Positions 40,304 through 50,528 of a DNA stretch of 64,000 bases are shown here, piece after piece. The notes beneath the pieces are model-generated. The model ran no database searches. It saw only the letters and a program-made list of their open reading frames with translations, and had not been told where the DNA came from. Position numbers and translations under genes: made by a program. Location of the stretch: the NCBI GenBank assembly GCA_905203305.1, contig CAJKVH010000001.1:150978-214977 (forward strand), written 5' to 3'. Within the stretch, counting starts at the first letter, position 1, and each line of letters begins with the position of its first letter. The DNA is from an uncultured Eubacteriales bacterium (lineage in GTDB: Bacteria > Bacillota > Clostridia > TANB77 > CAG-508).

Positions 40304-42094
40304 TTACCTTATCATACAATTTATTTTATATTGATAATAATCTTTACTTTTTAAAGCCCTAAACAGTTCATCATCAATATTAAATTTATCCCAATATTTT
40401 TCCATCAATTCACATGTTAGAACAAATATATATTTTTGAATTTTTTCATCAAGATATCTGCATCTTCTATAATTCACAACAACTTGCCCAATAAATATAT
40501 TTAATAACTTTGATTTATCAATTAAATTTTCATTAATTATTTTATCTATATAGTATCTCGTTATCAAAAAAGAATCTACTGAAATTGTATCAAATAAGGA
40601 TTTTTGCGTTATCCCCAACTCATTAACACAATAATAATATGTAACATCCTCTATTTTTTTCTTCTTATTCCAAAATGGATATATCATAAATTTATTAATA
40701 GTATCTTCAAATTCATACCCTGGCAAAAAGAAGTTTTTTTTCCAAATTTCACTTCTGTATACCTTGTTTATGGGAAATCCATTTAACTCACTTTTATTAT
40801 TGCTTTTTATAACATTCTTCTTTTTTTTCTTTTCATTAATTTGAAGCAATCCGCCTTCAACTATATCATAATTATTGCTATATGCTTCTTTTAATAACAC
40901 CTCTACACAATCTTCTGCAATATAGTCATCCGAGTCTACAAACATAATATATTCACTATCTATAACTTTTATAGCCGTATTTCTAGCTTCAGATCTTCCT
41001 TTGTTTTCTTGCTCAATTATTTCTATTTTATTGTCATATGAATCTAATATTTTTTTTGTATTATCTTCTGAACCATCATTAACAACTTTTATATAATACT
41101 TATATGATGTTTTTTGATTAATTATTGAATCAATACATTTCTTTATTGTTTTTTCAGAATTATATGCTGAAACAATTATCGTCAAATCATATTTTTTTTC
41201 AGCCAATATTATATTTTCTCTTTTCTCAATATTATAATGTTTTCTCAAATTTTCTATATATTTTTCCGCTTCCTCTACTCCTATATCAATTTCTGAATGT
41301 TTTGTTTTAAAAGAGGCATAAAATTTTTTATAAATCTTTCTTTTCACATTATATTTTATCTTTAATTTAATAATCTCTACTTTTTTTATACTATTTTTAA
41401 TTTTTTTAAAGTTTTCTTCCCCTATAGTACGTCTAATTACAAATTTTAATTTATTTTGTATTCTTTTTGAATCACTTAACCAAGATTCGCCATACCAATG
41501 AATTGCAATAGTATTTTCTGTTTTGTTTAGTTTTTTCGTTTCATACTCTAAAGGACAAAAATAATCTTTTGGAAAAAAAGCAATATTATCTAAATTTCCA
41601 TTTTTTTTCTTCATTATATATTTTTTAAATATAGGATCATTTCTTTTAACACACGAAACCAAGTCATATGTACCGTCTTCTCTGGTAAAGTGTATTTTCT
41701 CATATGAATCTTTTAACTCTTTCACTATAATATTTTCTTTTTCTGCTCCAAATCCTAATCCTGTATTTATTTTTGTTTTTTCATAACAAAAGAAAGCATC
41801 GTATGGTTCAATAAGACTTTCTAACGGCTTTAGCAACTCTACATCCGTATCTAAATAAATTCCTCCATTATTATAAATGATGTCAAGCCTTGCAAAATCG
41901 GAAACAAATGCCCACTTCTTTGCTTTATATGCTTCCAACATGTATTGATTTTTAGTTATATCATAATTTTCTTCATTCCATTCAATTATTTCATAATCTG
42001 GACAATATTTTTTCCAACTTTCAATACACTTTTTTACCAATGGCGGTTTTTCTTTTTTTCCAAACCAGCAATAATTAATTGTCCTTTTTAACAT
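40304..42094 (-). CDS. Two-domain glycosyltransferase (N-terminal GT32-like DXD sugar-binding domain, C-terminal GT2)
   Basis: INYCWFGKKEKP...FVSDFARLDIIYNNGGIYLDTDVE for GT32-like. LTIIVSAYNSEKTI...VNDGSEDNT...VDSDD for GT2. Confidence 0.8.
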   Translation of the reverse strand: MLKRTINYCWFGKKEKPPLVKKCIESWKKYCPDYEIIEWNEENYDITKNQYMLEAYKAKKWAFVSDFARLDIIYNNGGIYLDTDVELLKPLESLIEPYDAFFCYEKTKINTGLGFGAEKENIIVKELKDSYEKIHFTREDGTYDLVSCVKRNDPIFKKYIMKKKNGNLDNIAFFPKDYFCPLEYETKKLNKTENTIAIHWYGESWLSDSKRIQNKLKFVIRRTIGEENFKKIKNSIKKVEIIKLKIKYNVKRKIYKKFYASFKTKHSEIDIGVEEAEKYIENLRKHYNIEKRENIILAEKKYDLTIIVSAYNSEKTIKKCIDSIINQKTSYKYYIKVVNDGSEDNTKKILDSYDNKIEIIEQENKGRSEARNTAIKVIDSEYIMFVDSDDYIAEDCVEVLLKEAYSNNYDIVEGGLLQINEKKKKKNVIKSNNKSELNGFPINKVYRSEIWKKNFFLPGYEFEDTINKFMIYPFWNKKKKIEDVTYYYCVNELGITQKSLFDTISVDSFLITRYYIDKIINENLIDKSKLLNIFIGQVVVNYRRCRYLDEKIQKYIFVLTCELMEKYWDKFNIDDELFRALKSKDYYQYKINCMIR

Positions 42095-43196
42095 CTAATG
42101 TCCCCCTATCTTTTAATGCAAAAGCTCCTAATATTGGAGAAAAACATATAATAAAATTCAAACTTACCGTTTCTGACAAAGCAAATATACTCCAAATTAT
42201 TAAGCATTTCATTTTTTTTTCATCTTTGCTATTTGCTATAATACTTGAAATTATATTAAGTATAAAAATATAAACTATACCATATTTATATAATAAATTC
42301 GCATAAGTCACGTCTAAAATTAACGATGTACTCATATAGCTTTTTTCTCTATTTAAACCTACATCCATGTTTATATTCTTGCCAAGCATTGTATATCCAT
42401 ATCTTTTTTCTGTTTCATAAGAATAATATAATCTTGAATTTAATGTATCATTTAGCTTTAATGCGAAACTATTCCCTCTGGCATATAAATTTACCATTAT
42501 AATCCAAACAATAGAAATAGTAATTATTATATATTTACAAATTATTTTCAATATTTTTTGCGATATCTTTATTTTAAATAAAATCATTGAAGAAATAGAC
42601 ATAAAAATTAATGTATTCGATTTTGTAAATAAATATACTATTAAAATAAGAGATATTGGCAATATTAATTTTTTCTTTTTTTCTAATATTCCTTGGTTAC
42701 AATACACATATCCTAAAAAGCACCATAATGTATAATAACTAACTATATTAGGGTTTGAAAATCCCAACGTAAATCTAATTCTTCCTGTATGATCCATTAA
42801 TTTCACTATATTTCCACTCAAATATTGAATTTCAAAAAATATAAAATGTACTATTAATACCATTAATATAGTTTTATATACAATTTTTATTATTTCTTTT
42901 TCATCACTATTTCTAGACATACATAAACAAAAAAACATAAATGAAGAAAAAATAATAAAACTTTTGCATATATAGCAACTATATAAGCAAATTCCACCGC
43001 ATACAAATAAAGTTAATATATACTTTTTTTTGTATCGACTTGTTAACAACGTAATTCCCCATATAAAATACGCCAGCAATTCAATTAAACTCTCAATTGT
43101 ATCTGGCAAAATAATTAATGTAGAATAATGTAACATACTTTTTACTATAATTAATACAACTGCAAAATAGTTTAAATTTAAAATATTTTTTTTCAT
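42075..43196 (-). CDS. wzy: O-antigen/EPS polymerase-like membrane protein (Wzy)
   Basis: 373 aa, about 10 TM segments, no soluble domains. Sits between GT genes in a Wzx-dependent locus. Confidence 0.6.
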   Translation of the reverse strand: MKKNILNLNYFAVVLIIVKSMLHYSTLIILPDTIESLIELLAYFIWGITLLTSRYKKKYILTLFVCGGICLYSCYICKSFIIFSSFMFFCLCMSRNSDEKEIIKIVYKTILMVLIVHFIFFEIQYLSGNIVKLMDHTGRIRFTLGFSNPNIVSYYTLWCFLGYVYCNQGILEKKKKLILPISLILIVYLFTKSNTLIFMSISSMILFKIKISQKILKIICKYIIITISIVWIIMVNLYARGNSFALKLNDTLNSRLYYSYETEKRYGYTMLGKNINMDVGLNREKSYMSTSLILDVTYANLLYKYGIVYIFILNIISSIIANSKDEKKMKCLIIWSIFALSETVSLNFIICFSPILGAFALKDRGTLDVKKDN

Positions 43197-44011
43197 TGGT
43201 TTTTACTCCTATTTTTTTGATAATATTTTATTACTTTTTGTGGAATTATTCCTGCAACTAAAGGTTTTATTATGTATATATATTTTTTTGTACCTTTTAT
43301 TTTTAATTCTTTAAATCCATTTTTTCTTACCCACATTTCATTAAATCTATATTTATATTTCTTTTTTTGAGCACCATAAGAATCCTCTCTATAATTAAAT
43401 ATTGGTTCTTGAAAATTGTACATTTTAATACCATTTGCCTGCATTCTCATAAAACAATCATAATCTTCCACTCTTAATGTTCGTTTTATATCTCTATATC
43501 CATTTACAGCATCATATGATTCACGTCTAGCCATAATTGTCGGGTGTGCAATTGCGACCCTATAAAGAAAATCTTCATTTTTTACATATTCTGGATATTT
43601 TCTTAAACCCCAAATTCCATTATCATCAAATAAATTCATATTAGATCCAACAATTCCTATTTCTTGATTTTCATTTAGAAATTTTACTTGTTTTTCAAAT
43701 CTATCCAAATGAGATTCATCATCATCATCCATTCTAGCTATATATTCTCCTTTAGCTACTTCCAAGCAATGATTCAAAGTATATGCCAATCCTTTGTTTT
43801 CATTATTATAAATAAATTTAACTCTTTCATCATTTTGACATATTTCTTTTGCCCAATTAATACAATCATTAGTCGAACCATCATCACAAATTATCAATTC
43901 AAAATTTTTATATGTTTGGTTTAATATAGATTTTAACGATTTTTCTAATTTTTCTTTTTTATTCGTATTATATATTCCCATTATCACTGAAACTTTTTTT
44001 AACTCATTCAT
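43193..44011 (-). CDS. GT2 family glycosyltransferase
   Basis: VSVIMGIYNTN...ICDDGSTND...RMDDDDES motifs. Confidence 0.85.
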   Translation of the reverse strand: MNELKKVSVIMGIYNTNKKEKLEKSLKSILNQTYKNFELIICDDGSTNDCINWAKEICQNDERVKFIYNNENKGLAYTLNHCLEVAKGEYIARMDDDDESHLDRFEKQVKFLNENQEIGIVGSNMNLFDDNGIWGLRKYPEYVKNEDFLYRVAIAHPTIMARRESYDAVNGYRDIKRTLRVEDYDCFMRMQANGIKMYNFQEPIFNYREDSYGAQKKKYKYRFNEMWVRKNGFKELKIKGTKKYIYIIKPLVAGIIPQKVIKYYQKNRSKNQ

Positions 44012-46378
44012 TTATCTTTTTAGAATCTTTTTTGCTTTACTCTTTATATTGCTATACAAACCAGTAATACATAAAAATTTTCTAATACCTCCATTCATTT
44101 TTGTTTTTATATTTTTTGGAAACCACTTCTCAAAAAGATTTTTCTCATCTATGTCATTAAAAAATTCAATGCGAGAAAAATTATACCTGACGCTTTTTGT
44201 CATCTCTTTAACTTTTGCTGTTGCAAAATCCACTTTAATCTCTTTAACTTTCACATTTTCTAATTTTTTTAAAACTTCTTCACCTTTTTTTGATTGAACT
44301 AATATTCTAGTTGTTCCTTTGTCGTCATCAAACGATTTATCTATTTCATTTATATTAAAACAATCCCATATTGTTATATCACTAATTCTTTTCTTTGTTT
44401 TAAATTGACAATTATAACATGATGGTCTAATAGAATAATCCCCAAAAAAAGCTCTTAAATAAGGATCTGTATCTATTCCTTCACTATACACTCCATTATC
44501 AGTTTTAACAGTCATCATAGAATATTTATATCCGTATCTACTTTTATCTCTAAAATTAATACTTAATATTTTTTTTGCATTTAACTTTTTTAAAATATAT
44601 TCTTTATATTTTTCAAAAAACAATGGAGAAGGAACTGAGTGACACATTATATCAACTAAAATCAAATTTTCATATTCTTTTCCTAAATAAGAACTTAAAC
44701 CTGCAACTTGACATGGAGTTCCAGAAAACAAAACTGTTTTGCTTTCTTTTAAATATTTTTCAATTTTCTTAAATACATCTCCTAAATTACTCTGAACATA
44801 CTTACTCTTTCTGAATTTTTTTAAATTTTCAAGCTTATTGGCCTCTTGATGTTCAACTACAAAATTCTCGTCAAAAGCTGCACCAAAACATACCCCATTG
44901 TTTTTAATAACATTTTCTCCAATAGAACTAAAAAATCCACCTGAAGTAGAATCTCTTCTTACCTCTTCTTTTTCATTTTGAAATATATATGCTTTTTGTT
45001 CAAATATTCTCTCTTTTGGTTTGTTAATTATCGGACAAACTTTTTTACAAATTCCACAATCAACACATTTTTCTTTATCAACTTGCGGATATAAAAATCC
45101 TTCCTTATCTTCAACCATTTTTATTGCATTCTTTGGACACTTGTTCATACAAGCTGTGCATCCACAGCAGTCTTCTTTAGATGTAATATTAATGTGCTTA
45201 ATATTTTCATCTTTCCAAGTGATAGCTTCTAATAACCACTTCTTCGAATCATTTCTATACTTTTCTAAATTTTGATTTACTTTTTCAAAATCCAATTTAT
45301 ATTTTAACACTTCTTCTACATCTTCAAGTCCTGTTAGAATTCTTTCACTACTAACATCTACTATTTTTAGCAATGAGTCTAATCTTGAATTTGTAGATCC
45401 TTTTGCTTTTGAGCTATATCTTCTAAAATTAAAGAAGGCTTTATTATAAATAAGCGAAAATACTGTTCCATGGAAAGAATCCGTACATACAATTTCAGCA
45501 TTTTTTACCAAATTAATCCATTCTCTAGGACCTACATCATATGGAGTTATATCAGCAAATACATCTGAATATTTAACATATTCATCAGCATGATTTAAAG
45601 ATACAATTTTATATCCTGTTTTTTCTTTTAGTCTTTCTGCAAATTTTCTATGTTCAATATTTTTTCCCAGAAAATAACATAATATATATTTTTCTTTTAT
45701 TATTCTTTCCTTAGTTGCTACTTCATCCCATTCATCTCTATTCAAAAGGATTGTAGGATCACAAACTAACTCAGCTTTTTTATTTACAATTTCCTTTACT
45801 ATTTTAACTCCTGTGTCTTCTCTAACCGATAAATGATCAATTCTATTTAAAAACTTTTTGTATAAATCATTATATTTTTGAGGTATCGATGACACTCCAA
45901 AACTTGTTGAATACGATATTTTATTAACATTGTCTGGTACCCAATTCAAAGTATAATAATCAGCAACAACATTTACTGGTAACCATAATTGATCTGATCC
46001 TAATAAAATATCTGAATATCTTTCTTCTGCTAGTTTGCTTAAATCTTTATATGTATTGCTACTACGTGACAAATTAAATTCATTTCTAAATTCTTTGTAC
46101 TTTTTATTTCTTATTGATACATTTTTCCCTAATTTTTTATTTAACTTTATGTCAAATTTCATTTTTATCATACCTAGTTTTGACTTTATAAAATTAAAAT
46201 TAAAAATTTGAGTCATATAGTATTTTTTCTTCCCATTCTTAAAATCAACATTACCATCTATATTTACAGTCTCATTTGGTATATTATTATTATCTAATAT
46301 TTTTTTTGTTGCATATGCTTGCAACATACTTCCATAATTATTTTTAAAGTAACATGATACTATTCCAACTTTTTTCAT
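44012..46378 (-). CDS. Fusion protein: polysaccharide pyruvyl transferase plus 2x[4Fe-4S] ferredoxin plus FrhB-like (F420 hydrogenase/dehydrogenase beta) domain
   Basis: N-terminal MKKVGIVSCYFKNNYGSMLQAY (PS_pyruv_trans-like). Middle CCGCTACMNKCP...CVDCGICKKVCP. C-terminal FrhB-like segment. Confidence 0.7.
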   Translation of the reverse strand: MKKVGIVSCYFKNNYGSMLQAYATKKILDNNNIPNETVNIDGNVDFKNGKKKYYMTQIFNFNFIKSKLGMIKMKFDIKLNKKLGKNVSIRNKKYKEFRNEFNLSRSSNTYKDLSKLAEERYSDILLGSDQLWLPVNVVADYYTLNWVPDNVNKISYSTSFGVSSIPQKYNDLYKKFLNRIDHLSVREDTGVKIVKEIVNKKAELVCDPTILLNRDEWDEVATKERIIKEKYILCYFLGKNIEHRKFAERLKEKTGYKIVSLNHADEYVKYSDVFADITPYDVGPREWINLVKNAEIVCTDSFHGTVFSLIYNKAFFNFRRYSSKAKGSTNSRLDSLLKIVDVSSERILTGLEDVEEVLKYKLDFEKVNQNLEKYRNDSKKWLLEAITWKDENIKHINITSKEDCCGCTACMNKCPKNAIKMVEDKEGFLYPQVDKEKCVDCGICKKVCPIINKPKERIFEQKAYIFQNEKEEVRRDSTSGGFFSSIGENVIKNNGVCFGAAFDENFVVEHQEANKLENLKKFRKSKYVQSNLGDVFKKIEKYLKESKTVLFSGTPCQVAGLSSYLGKEYENLILVDIMCHSVPSPLFFEKYKEYILKKLNAKKILSINFRDKSRYGYKYSMMTVKTDNGVYSEGIDTDPYLRAFFGDYSIRPSCYNCQFKTKKRISDITIWDCFNINEIDKSFDDDKGTTRILVQSKKGEEVLKKLENVKVKEIKVDFATAKVKEMTKSVRYNFSRIEFFNDIDEKNLFEKWFPKNIKTKMNGGIRKFLCITGLYSNIKSKAKKILKR

Positions 46379-46391
46379 GGCATTTCTCCTA

Positions 46392-47516
46392 TTATTTTCT
46401 CTTATTATAATATTCTTCTAAAAATTTAGACTCATCTTCTATATTAAATCTATTTTTCGATATTTCTTTTTTTGTATTGATTCTTTTAAAAATTTTATTG
46501 TTTTTTAATATAGCATTAGCCCATTTCTTTTGTCCTTGCTCTAAAGACAAAAATTCAGTTGTATCCAACACTTTCGTTTCCTTTGTCATCTCATCCGAAA
46601 ACAAACACAACAATCCTGTAGCTTGTGCCTCAACTCCCACAACAGGTAATCCCTCATACAATGATGGAAGACAAAAAACATCAAAAGCTTGATATAAATC
46701 TTTCACATCACTTCTTTGCCCTAAAAACATAACACTATTTTCAAGACCTAATGTTTTTACTTTTTCTTTAATTTCTTCCATTAAAGTACCTTGTCCAACA
46801 AGCATTAATATAGAATTTTCTTTTTCTTTATGCACTTCATTAAAAATATCAATCAAAAATCTGTGATTTTTCTGTTCAACAAATCTTCCTACATGGCCAA
46901 TAACTAAAGTATCATCATTTATATTAAATTCTTTTCTTTTTTCATTTCTTATTTTTTCATCATATTTAAATTTATCAAGATCTATCGCATTATTTAGTAA
47001 ATAAACATTTCCTTTATCATATTCTTTATTTCCAAATAACCATCGTCCTGCAAGTTCAGAACAACACATATAATCTGTTGCAAATACTTTACTAAATGGT
47101 CTTAATATTTGTTTTAACAAGTTTTTCTTTTTTTCTTTTTTATTAGTTGTACTATGGCTATGTGCAATTCTTACTGGTACTCCCGCACATTTCGCTGCAA
47201 ACAAACTAAATACAGATAATGTGTTTATATGTGAATGTACTATTTTATAATTTCCTTCTTTTAAAGCCTTCTTTAATGCTTTATGATATTTAAATACTTT
47301 TTGATATGGTGGAATTAATATTACTTTTCCTCCCAGACTTTCTATTTCTTCATATGGTATATTAGTCGAATCTTCATCGCATATAAAATCAAATTGGATT
47401 TTACTTCTATCTATATGCCTGTAATAATTCATTACAACTGCTTCAACTCCACCACCTAACCATTTTCCAACTATTTGAGCCACTCTTATAGGTTCTTTGT
47501 TTTCCACTAATTTCAC
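46392..47516 (-). CDS. GT4 (GT-B) family glycosyltransferase
   Basis: GGVEAVV N-terminal pattern and C-terminal EGLPVVGVEAQATG. The annotated start is a GTG and is uncertain. Confidence 0.8.
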   Translation of the reverse strand: MKLVENKEPIRVAQIVGKWLGGGVEAVVMNYYRHIDRSKIQFDFICDEDSTNIPYEEIESLGGKVILIPPYQKVFKYHKALKKALKEGNYKIVHSHINTLSVFSLFAAKCAGVPVRIAHSHSTTNKKEKKKNLLKQILRPFSKVFATDYMCCSELAGRWLFGNKEYDKGNVYLLNNAIDLDKFKYDEKIRNEKRKEFNINDDTLVIGHVGRFVEQKNHRFLIDIFNEVHKEKENSILMLVGQGTLMEEIKEKVKTLGLENSVMFLGQRSDVKDLYQAFDVFCLPSLYEGLPVVGVEAQATGLLCLFSDEMTKETKVLDTTEFLSLEQGQKKWANAILKNNKIFKRINTKKEISKNRFNIEDESKFLEEYYNKRK

Positions 47517-47524
47517 TACTCCTT

Positions 47525-47556
47525 AAAAAAGTCATTGCACTATACAATGCAATGAC
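47525..47556 (-). terminator. Intra-operon intrinsic terminator/attenuator hairpin between the priming transferase and the first GT
   Basis: Perfect 9-bp stem gtcattgca / tgcaatgac with an 8-nt loop, followed on the minus strand by TTTTTT that runs into the AAGGAG RBS. Confidence 0.55.
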
Positions 47557-47596
47557 AAATACTTATACCTTTACTATTGTATATTCTATAACTCAT

Positions 47597-47626
47597 ATTC
47601 TAACATTTATAATTATTTAATTTCAA
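47597..47626 (-). promoter_or_regulatory. Possible internal promoter (TTGAAA-18-TAGAAT)
   Basis: Minus strand: TTGAAA (47626-47621), 18-nt spacer, TAGAAT (47602-47597). About 40 nt upstream of the hairpin. Confidence 0.35.
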
Positions 47627-47663
47627 GAAAACCTAATCTATTAGTTTTTGCAATTACAAATGT

Positions 47664-48431
47664 TTATTTTGCACCTCTTTTTAACACAACTGCCGCAATT
47701 GTTAAAAATATACATTTCATATCCAAAATTATATTGCAATTTCTACAATAATAATATTCTAGTTCAAGTCTTCTTTCGTATGTAGTAGCTGACCTTCCAT
47801 TCACGGCCCACCACCCCGAAATGCCTGGGCGAACACTTTCATATATCATATGATTTCCTACATGTGCATCAAGTTCTCCTTCAACAAGTGGCCTAGGTCC
47901 TATTATAGACATATCCCCTTTTATTACATTAATAAATTGTGGCAACTCATCTAGGGACGTTTTTCTAAGTATTTTTCCAATTTTAGTAATTCTAGGATCA
48001 TGTTCAAATTTCTGGTTCAAATCCCATTCTTTTTTATATTTAGAATCTTTTAGCATCTCTTTTAACACTTCATCTGCATTATGGACCATACTTCTAAATT
48101 TATAAATATAGATGTCCTTTCCGTCTTTTCCAACTCTTTTTTGTTTATAAAAAATGGATTTTTTATCTCCTGTTAATATGTAACATATTTTTGTTATTGT
48201 TGCAATTGGAACCATCGCAAGCATTCCAATTAATGACCAAAATATGTCAAACACTCTTTTTAAAGCAAAATATGTTTTTCTTCTTATCTTATAAAATACC
48301 GATCTTGCTTTTTTGGCATCTTCTAATGTTATTAAAAACTTTGAACTCTCTTGTGTTATTGCCTCATCAATATCATTTGAGATATTTTTAGTTTCATTCA
48401 TTTCTAATATTGCAGAATCTACAGGTGCCAT
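47664..48431 (-). CDS. Priming sugar-phosphate transferase (bacterial sugar transferase, WbaP/CpsE/EpsL C-terminal-domain type)
   Basis: KRVFDIFWSLIGML...KFRSM...DELPQFINVIKGDMSIIGPRP motifs. AGGAGGTG RBS. Confidence 0.88.
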   Translation of the reverse strand: MAPVDSAILEMNETKNISNDIDEAITQESSKFLITLEDAKKARSVFYKIRRKTYFALKRVFDIFWSLIGMLAMVPIATITKICYILTGDKKSIFYKQKRVGKDGKDIYIYKFRSMVHNADEVLKEMLKDSKYKKEWDLNQKFEHDPRITKIGKILRKTSLDELPQFINVIKGDMSIIGPRPLVEGELDAHVGNHMIYESVRPGISGWWAVNGRSATTYERRLELEYYYCRNCNIILDMKCIFLTIAAVVLKRGAK

Positions 48432-48633
48432 TCTACGCCACCTCCTTTATCAACAAAAATTTGTTTAACATTTCAATATCGGAATATTTAATTAACATAT
48501 TTGTAACTTGTATTTTTTTCATTTTATTACAACATCCTTTTCTTTTATTTTCCCTCTATTAATTTACTCCATTCTTCCTTTGAAATTTTGTATCTATTAT
48601 ATCTTAATCTCTATCCTCTAAATCAACAAATTC

Positions 48634-48662
48634 ATTATACCATACTTTCATACGTACAGCAA
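48634..48662 (-). promoter_or_regulatory. Possible cps operon promoter (TTGCTG-17-TGgTATAAT) with a 5' UTR of about 200 nt
   Basis: Minus strand extended -10 TGGTATAAT (48642-48634), with a weak -35. Confidence 0.35.
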
Positions 48663-48689
48663 TATTTTTATTTGAATTATGTCAACTTT

Positions 48690-49211
48690 TTATCTTTTGA
48701 AGTCCTGTATATTTCTACTCATCCTTGTTATAATCATTTTTGTAATTTTTACCACAGCCATTGTAATTAAAATTCCAACAAAAACTCCACAAGAATCAAT
48801 ACAAACATCCCAAATAGATGATGTCCTTGCAGGAATAAACATCTGGTGAAATTCATCAGATGTTGCATAAATTATACCGATTCCTAAAGAAATAAGAATC
48901 CTTTTTAAATTTTTCAAATCATAGGTTATCATAAACCCCATAGTCAAAATTCCCACAACTGTATAAAGTGAGAAATGTGCAAGTTTTCTTATGTAGTGTT
49001 CTATTTTATTTAAAACTTTTTCTTTCTCACTTTTTTCCAGTTGCTGTATTGAGTTTATATTTTTAGTTACATCCTCTGTAACTTCTCTACTTAAACTTCC
49101 AGACTTTTCCCCATTTTGATTTGAAAAATTAAATATAATTCCAAACATCATCAAAAGTAATATAACCAATACTCCTCTTAATATATTTAATTTTTCATTC
49201 ATTTTTTGCAT
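48690..49211 (-). CDS. VanZ family membrane protein
   Basis: 173 aa, 4-5 TM segments, VanZ-like SDEFHQ motif. Confidence 0.75.
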   Translation of the reverse strand: MQKMNEKLNILRGVLVILLLMMFGIIFNFSNQNGEKSGSLSREVTEDVTKNINSIQQLEKSEKEKVLNKIEHYIRKLAHFSLYTVVGILTMGFMITYDLKNLKRILISLGIGIIYATSDEFHQMFIPARTSSIWDVCIDSCGVFVGILITMAVVKITKMIITRMSRNIQDFKR

Positions 49212-49223
49212 CCCTTTTATGTT

Positions 49224-50228
49224 TTATTTATTTTTTTGTATATAGTTCCAAGAATCTCTGCACATATCTTCAATTGTTTTTTCAGCTTTCCATCCAAGCT
49301 CTGTTTGGGCTTTAGTTGGATCAGCACAAAATCCTGCTAAATCTCCTTCTCTTCTTGGTCCAAATTTAAATGGAACATCTATGTTATTTACCTTCATAAA
49401 TGCATTAACTAATTCTAATACACTTACAGGTTTTCCTGTACCTAAATTATATACATAAACTCCATTTTCAGATTTATCTAGTTTTTCTAATGCTTTTAAA
49501 TGTCCAACTACTAAGTCTACAACATGTAAAAAGTCTCTTTCACATGTTCCATCTTTTGTTGGATAATCATTTCCGAATATTGTTAGTTCCTTTAATTCTC
49601 CAACTGCAACTTTTTGTACATAAGGCATTAAATTGTTTGGTATTCCATTTGGATTTTCTCCAAGTAAACCTGATTCATGTGCCCCTACTGGGTTAAAATA
49701 TCTAAGTATTGATATTTTCCATGTGTTATCTGCTTTATAAAGATCTTCTAATATTTGTTCTATCATTATTTTTGTAGTTCCATATGGGCTTGATGCTGTT
49801 TTTCTTTCCATTGTTTCTACATATTTTGGAACTCCTTGTTCTCCATATACTGTTGCTGATGAACTAAATACGAATTTTTTTACTCCATATTTTGCCATTG
49901 TTTGTAAAAGAATAATTGCTCCAGATACATTATCATAATAATATTTTAATGGTTCTTTTACAGATTCTCCAACTGCTTTAAATCCTGCAAAGTTTATTAC
50001 AGATTCTATATCATTTTCTTCAAAAACTTTTTCAAGTTTTTCTCTATCCATATAATCTATTTCATAAAATTTAAAATCTTTTCCTGTTATCTCTTTTATT
50101 GCTTCTAATGCTTTTACATTACTATTTGAAAAGTTGTCTACAATAACAATATCTTTCCCTTGTTTTAATAATTCGACAGCAGTATGACTTCCTATATATC
50201 CTGCTCCTCCTGGTAATAATATTGACAT
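49224..50228 (-). CDS. galE: UDP-glucose 4-epimerase
   Basis: GGAGYIGSH Rossmann motif, SSSATVYG, YGTTK catalytic motif. 334 aa. Confidence 0.92.
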   Translation of the reverse strand: MSILLPGGAGYIGSHTAVELLKQGKDIVIVDNFSNSNVKALEAIKEITGKDFKFYEIDYMDREKLEKVFEENDIESVINFAGFKAVGESVKEPLKYYYDNVSGAIILLQTMAKYGVKKFVFSSSATVYGEQGVPKYVETMERKTASSPYGTTKIMIEQILEDLYKADNTWKISILRYFNPVGAHESGLLGENPNGIPNNLMPYVQKVAVGELKELTIFGNDYPTKDGTCERDFLHVVDLVVGHLKALEKLDKSENGVYVYNLGTGKPVSVLELVNAFMKVNNIDVPFKFGPRREGDLAGFCADPTKAQTELGWKAEKTIEDMCRDSWNYIQKNK

Positions 50229-50371
50229 ATTTTTGACCTCCTATATTTTTTTCATAATTTTATCACTATGAGTACAATTATGCAAGCTCATTTTGTTTCT
50301 TTTCGAGTAGTTTTCCAATTTTTCTTTGATTTTGGGACTTTTTTATCTTTTTACTCTATCTTTTTTAGCAT

Positions 50372-50422
50372 CAAAAATGAACCTAAAATTTACTTGCAAT
50401 TAAATACAAGTATTTTAGGTTC
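50372..50422 (-). terminator. Rho-independent terminator after the cytidylyltransferase gene
   Basis: Long hairpin gaacctaaaatttacttgcaattaaatacaagtattttaggttc, followed on the minus strand by ATTTTTG. Confidence 0.6.
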
Positions 50423-50528
50423 TTTATGTTTTAAGATATCACGAAAAATAGCACTATTTTTCTTTTGACATTATATAACAAATTATGCCATTTATCCAGA
50501 CTATTTTAGCACCCTTTTTTGGTTGCAT

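Noticed and set aside
48433-48522. A 29-codon upstream ORF (MKKIQVTNMLIKYSDIEMLNKFLLIKEVA) overlapping the RBS of the priming transferase, as a leader peptide.
   Set aside because: It has only a weak, poorly spaced RBS and nothing recognisable in the peptide. It cannot be distinguished from chance in AT-rich sequence.
50440-50500. A TATAAT-like box (ttgttatataatg) between the cytidylyltransferase stop and its terminator, as a second sRNA or attenuator upstream of galE.
   Set aside because: The -35 is poor, and the hairpin is adequately explained as the terminator of the upstream gene. Support is weaker than for the 33959-34066 unit.
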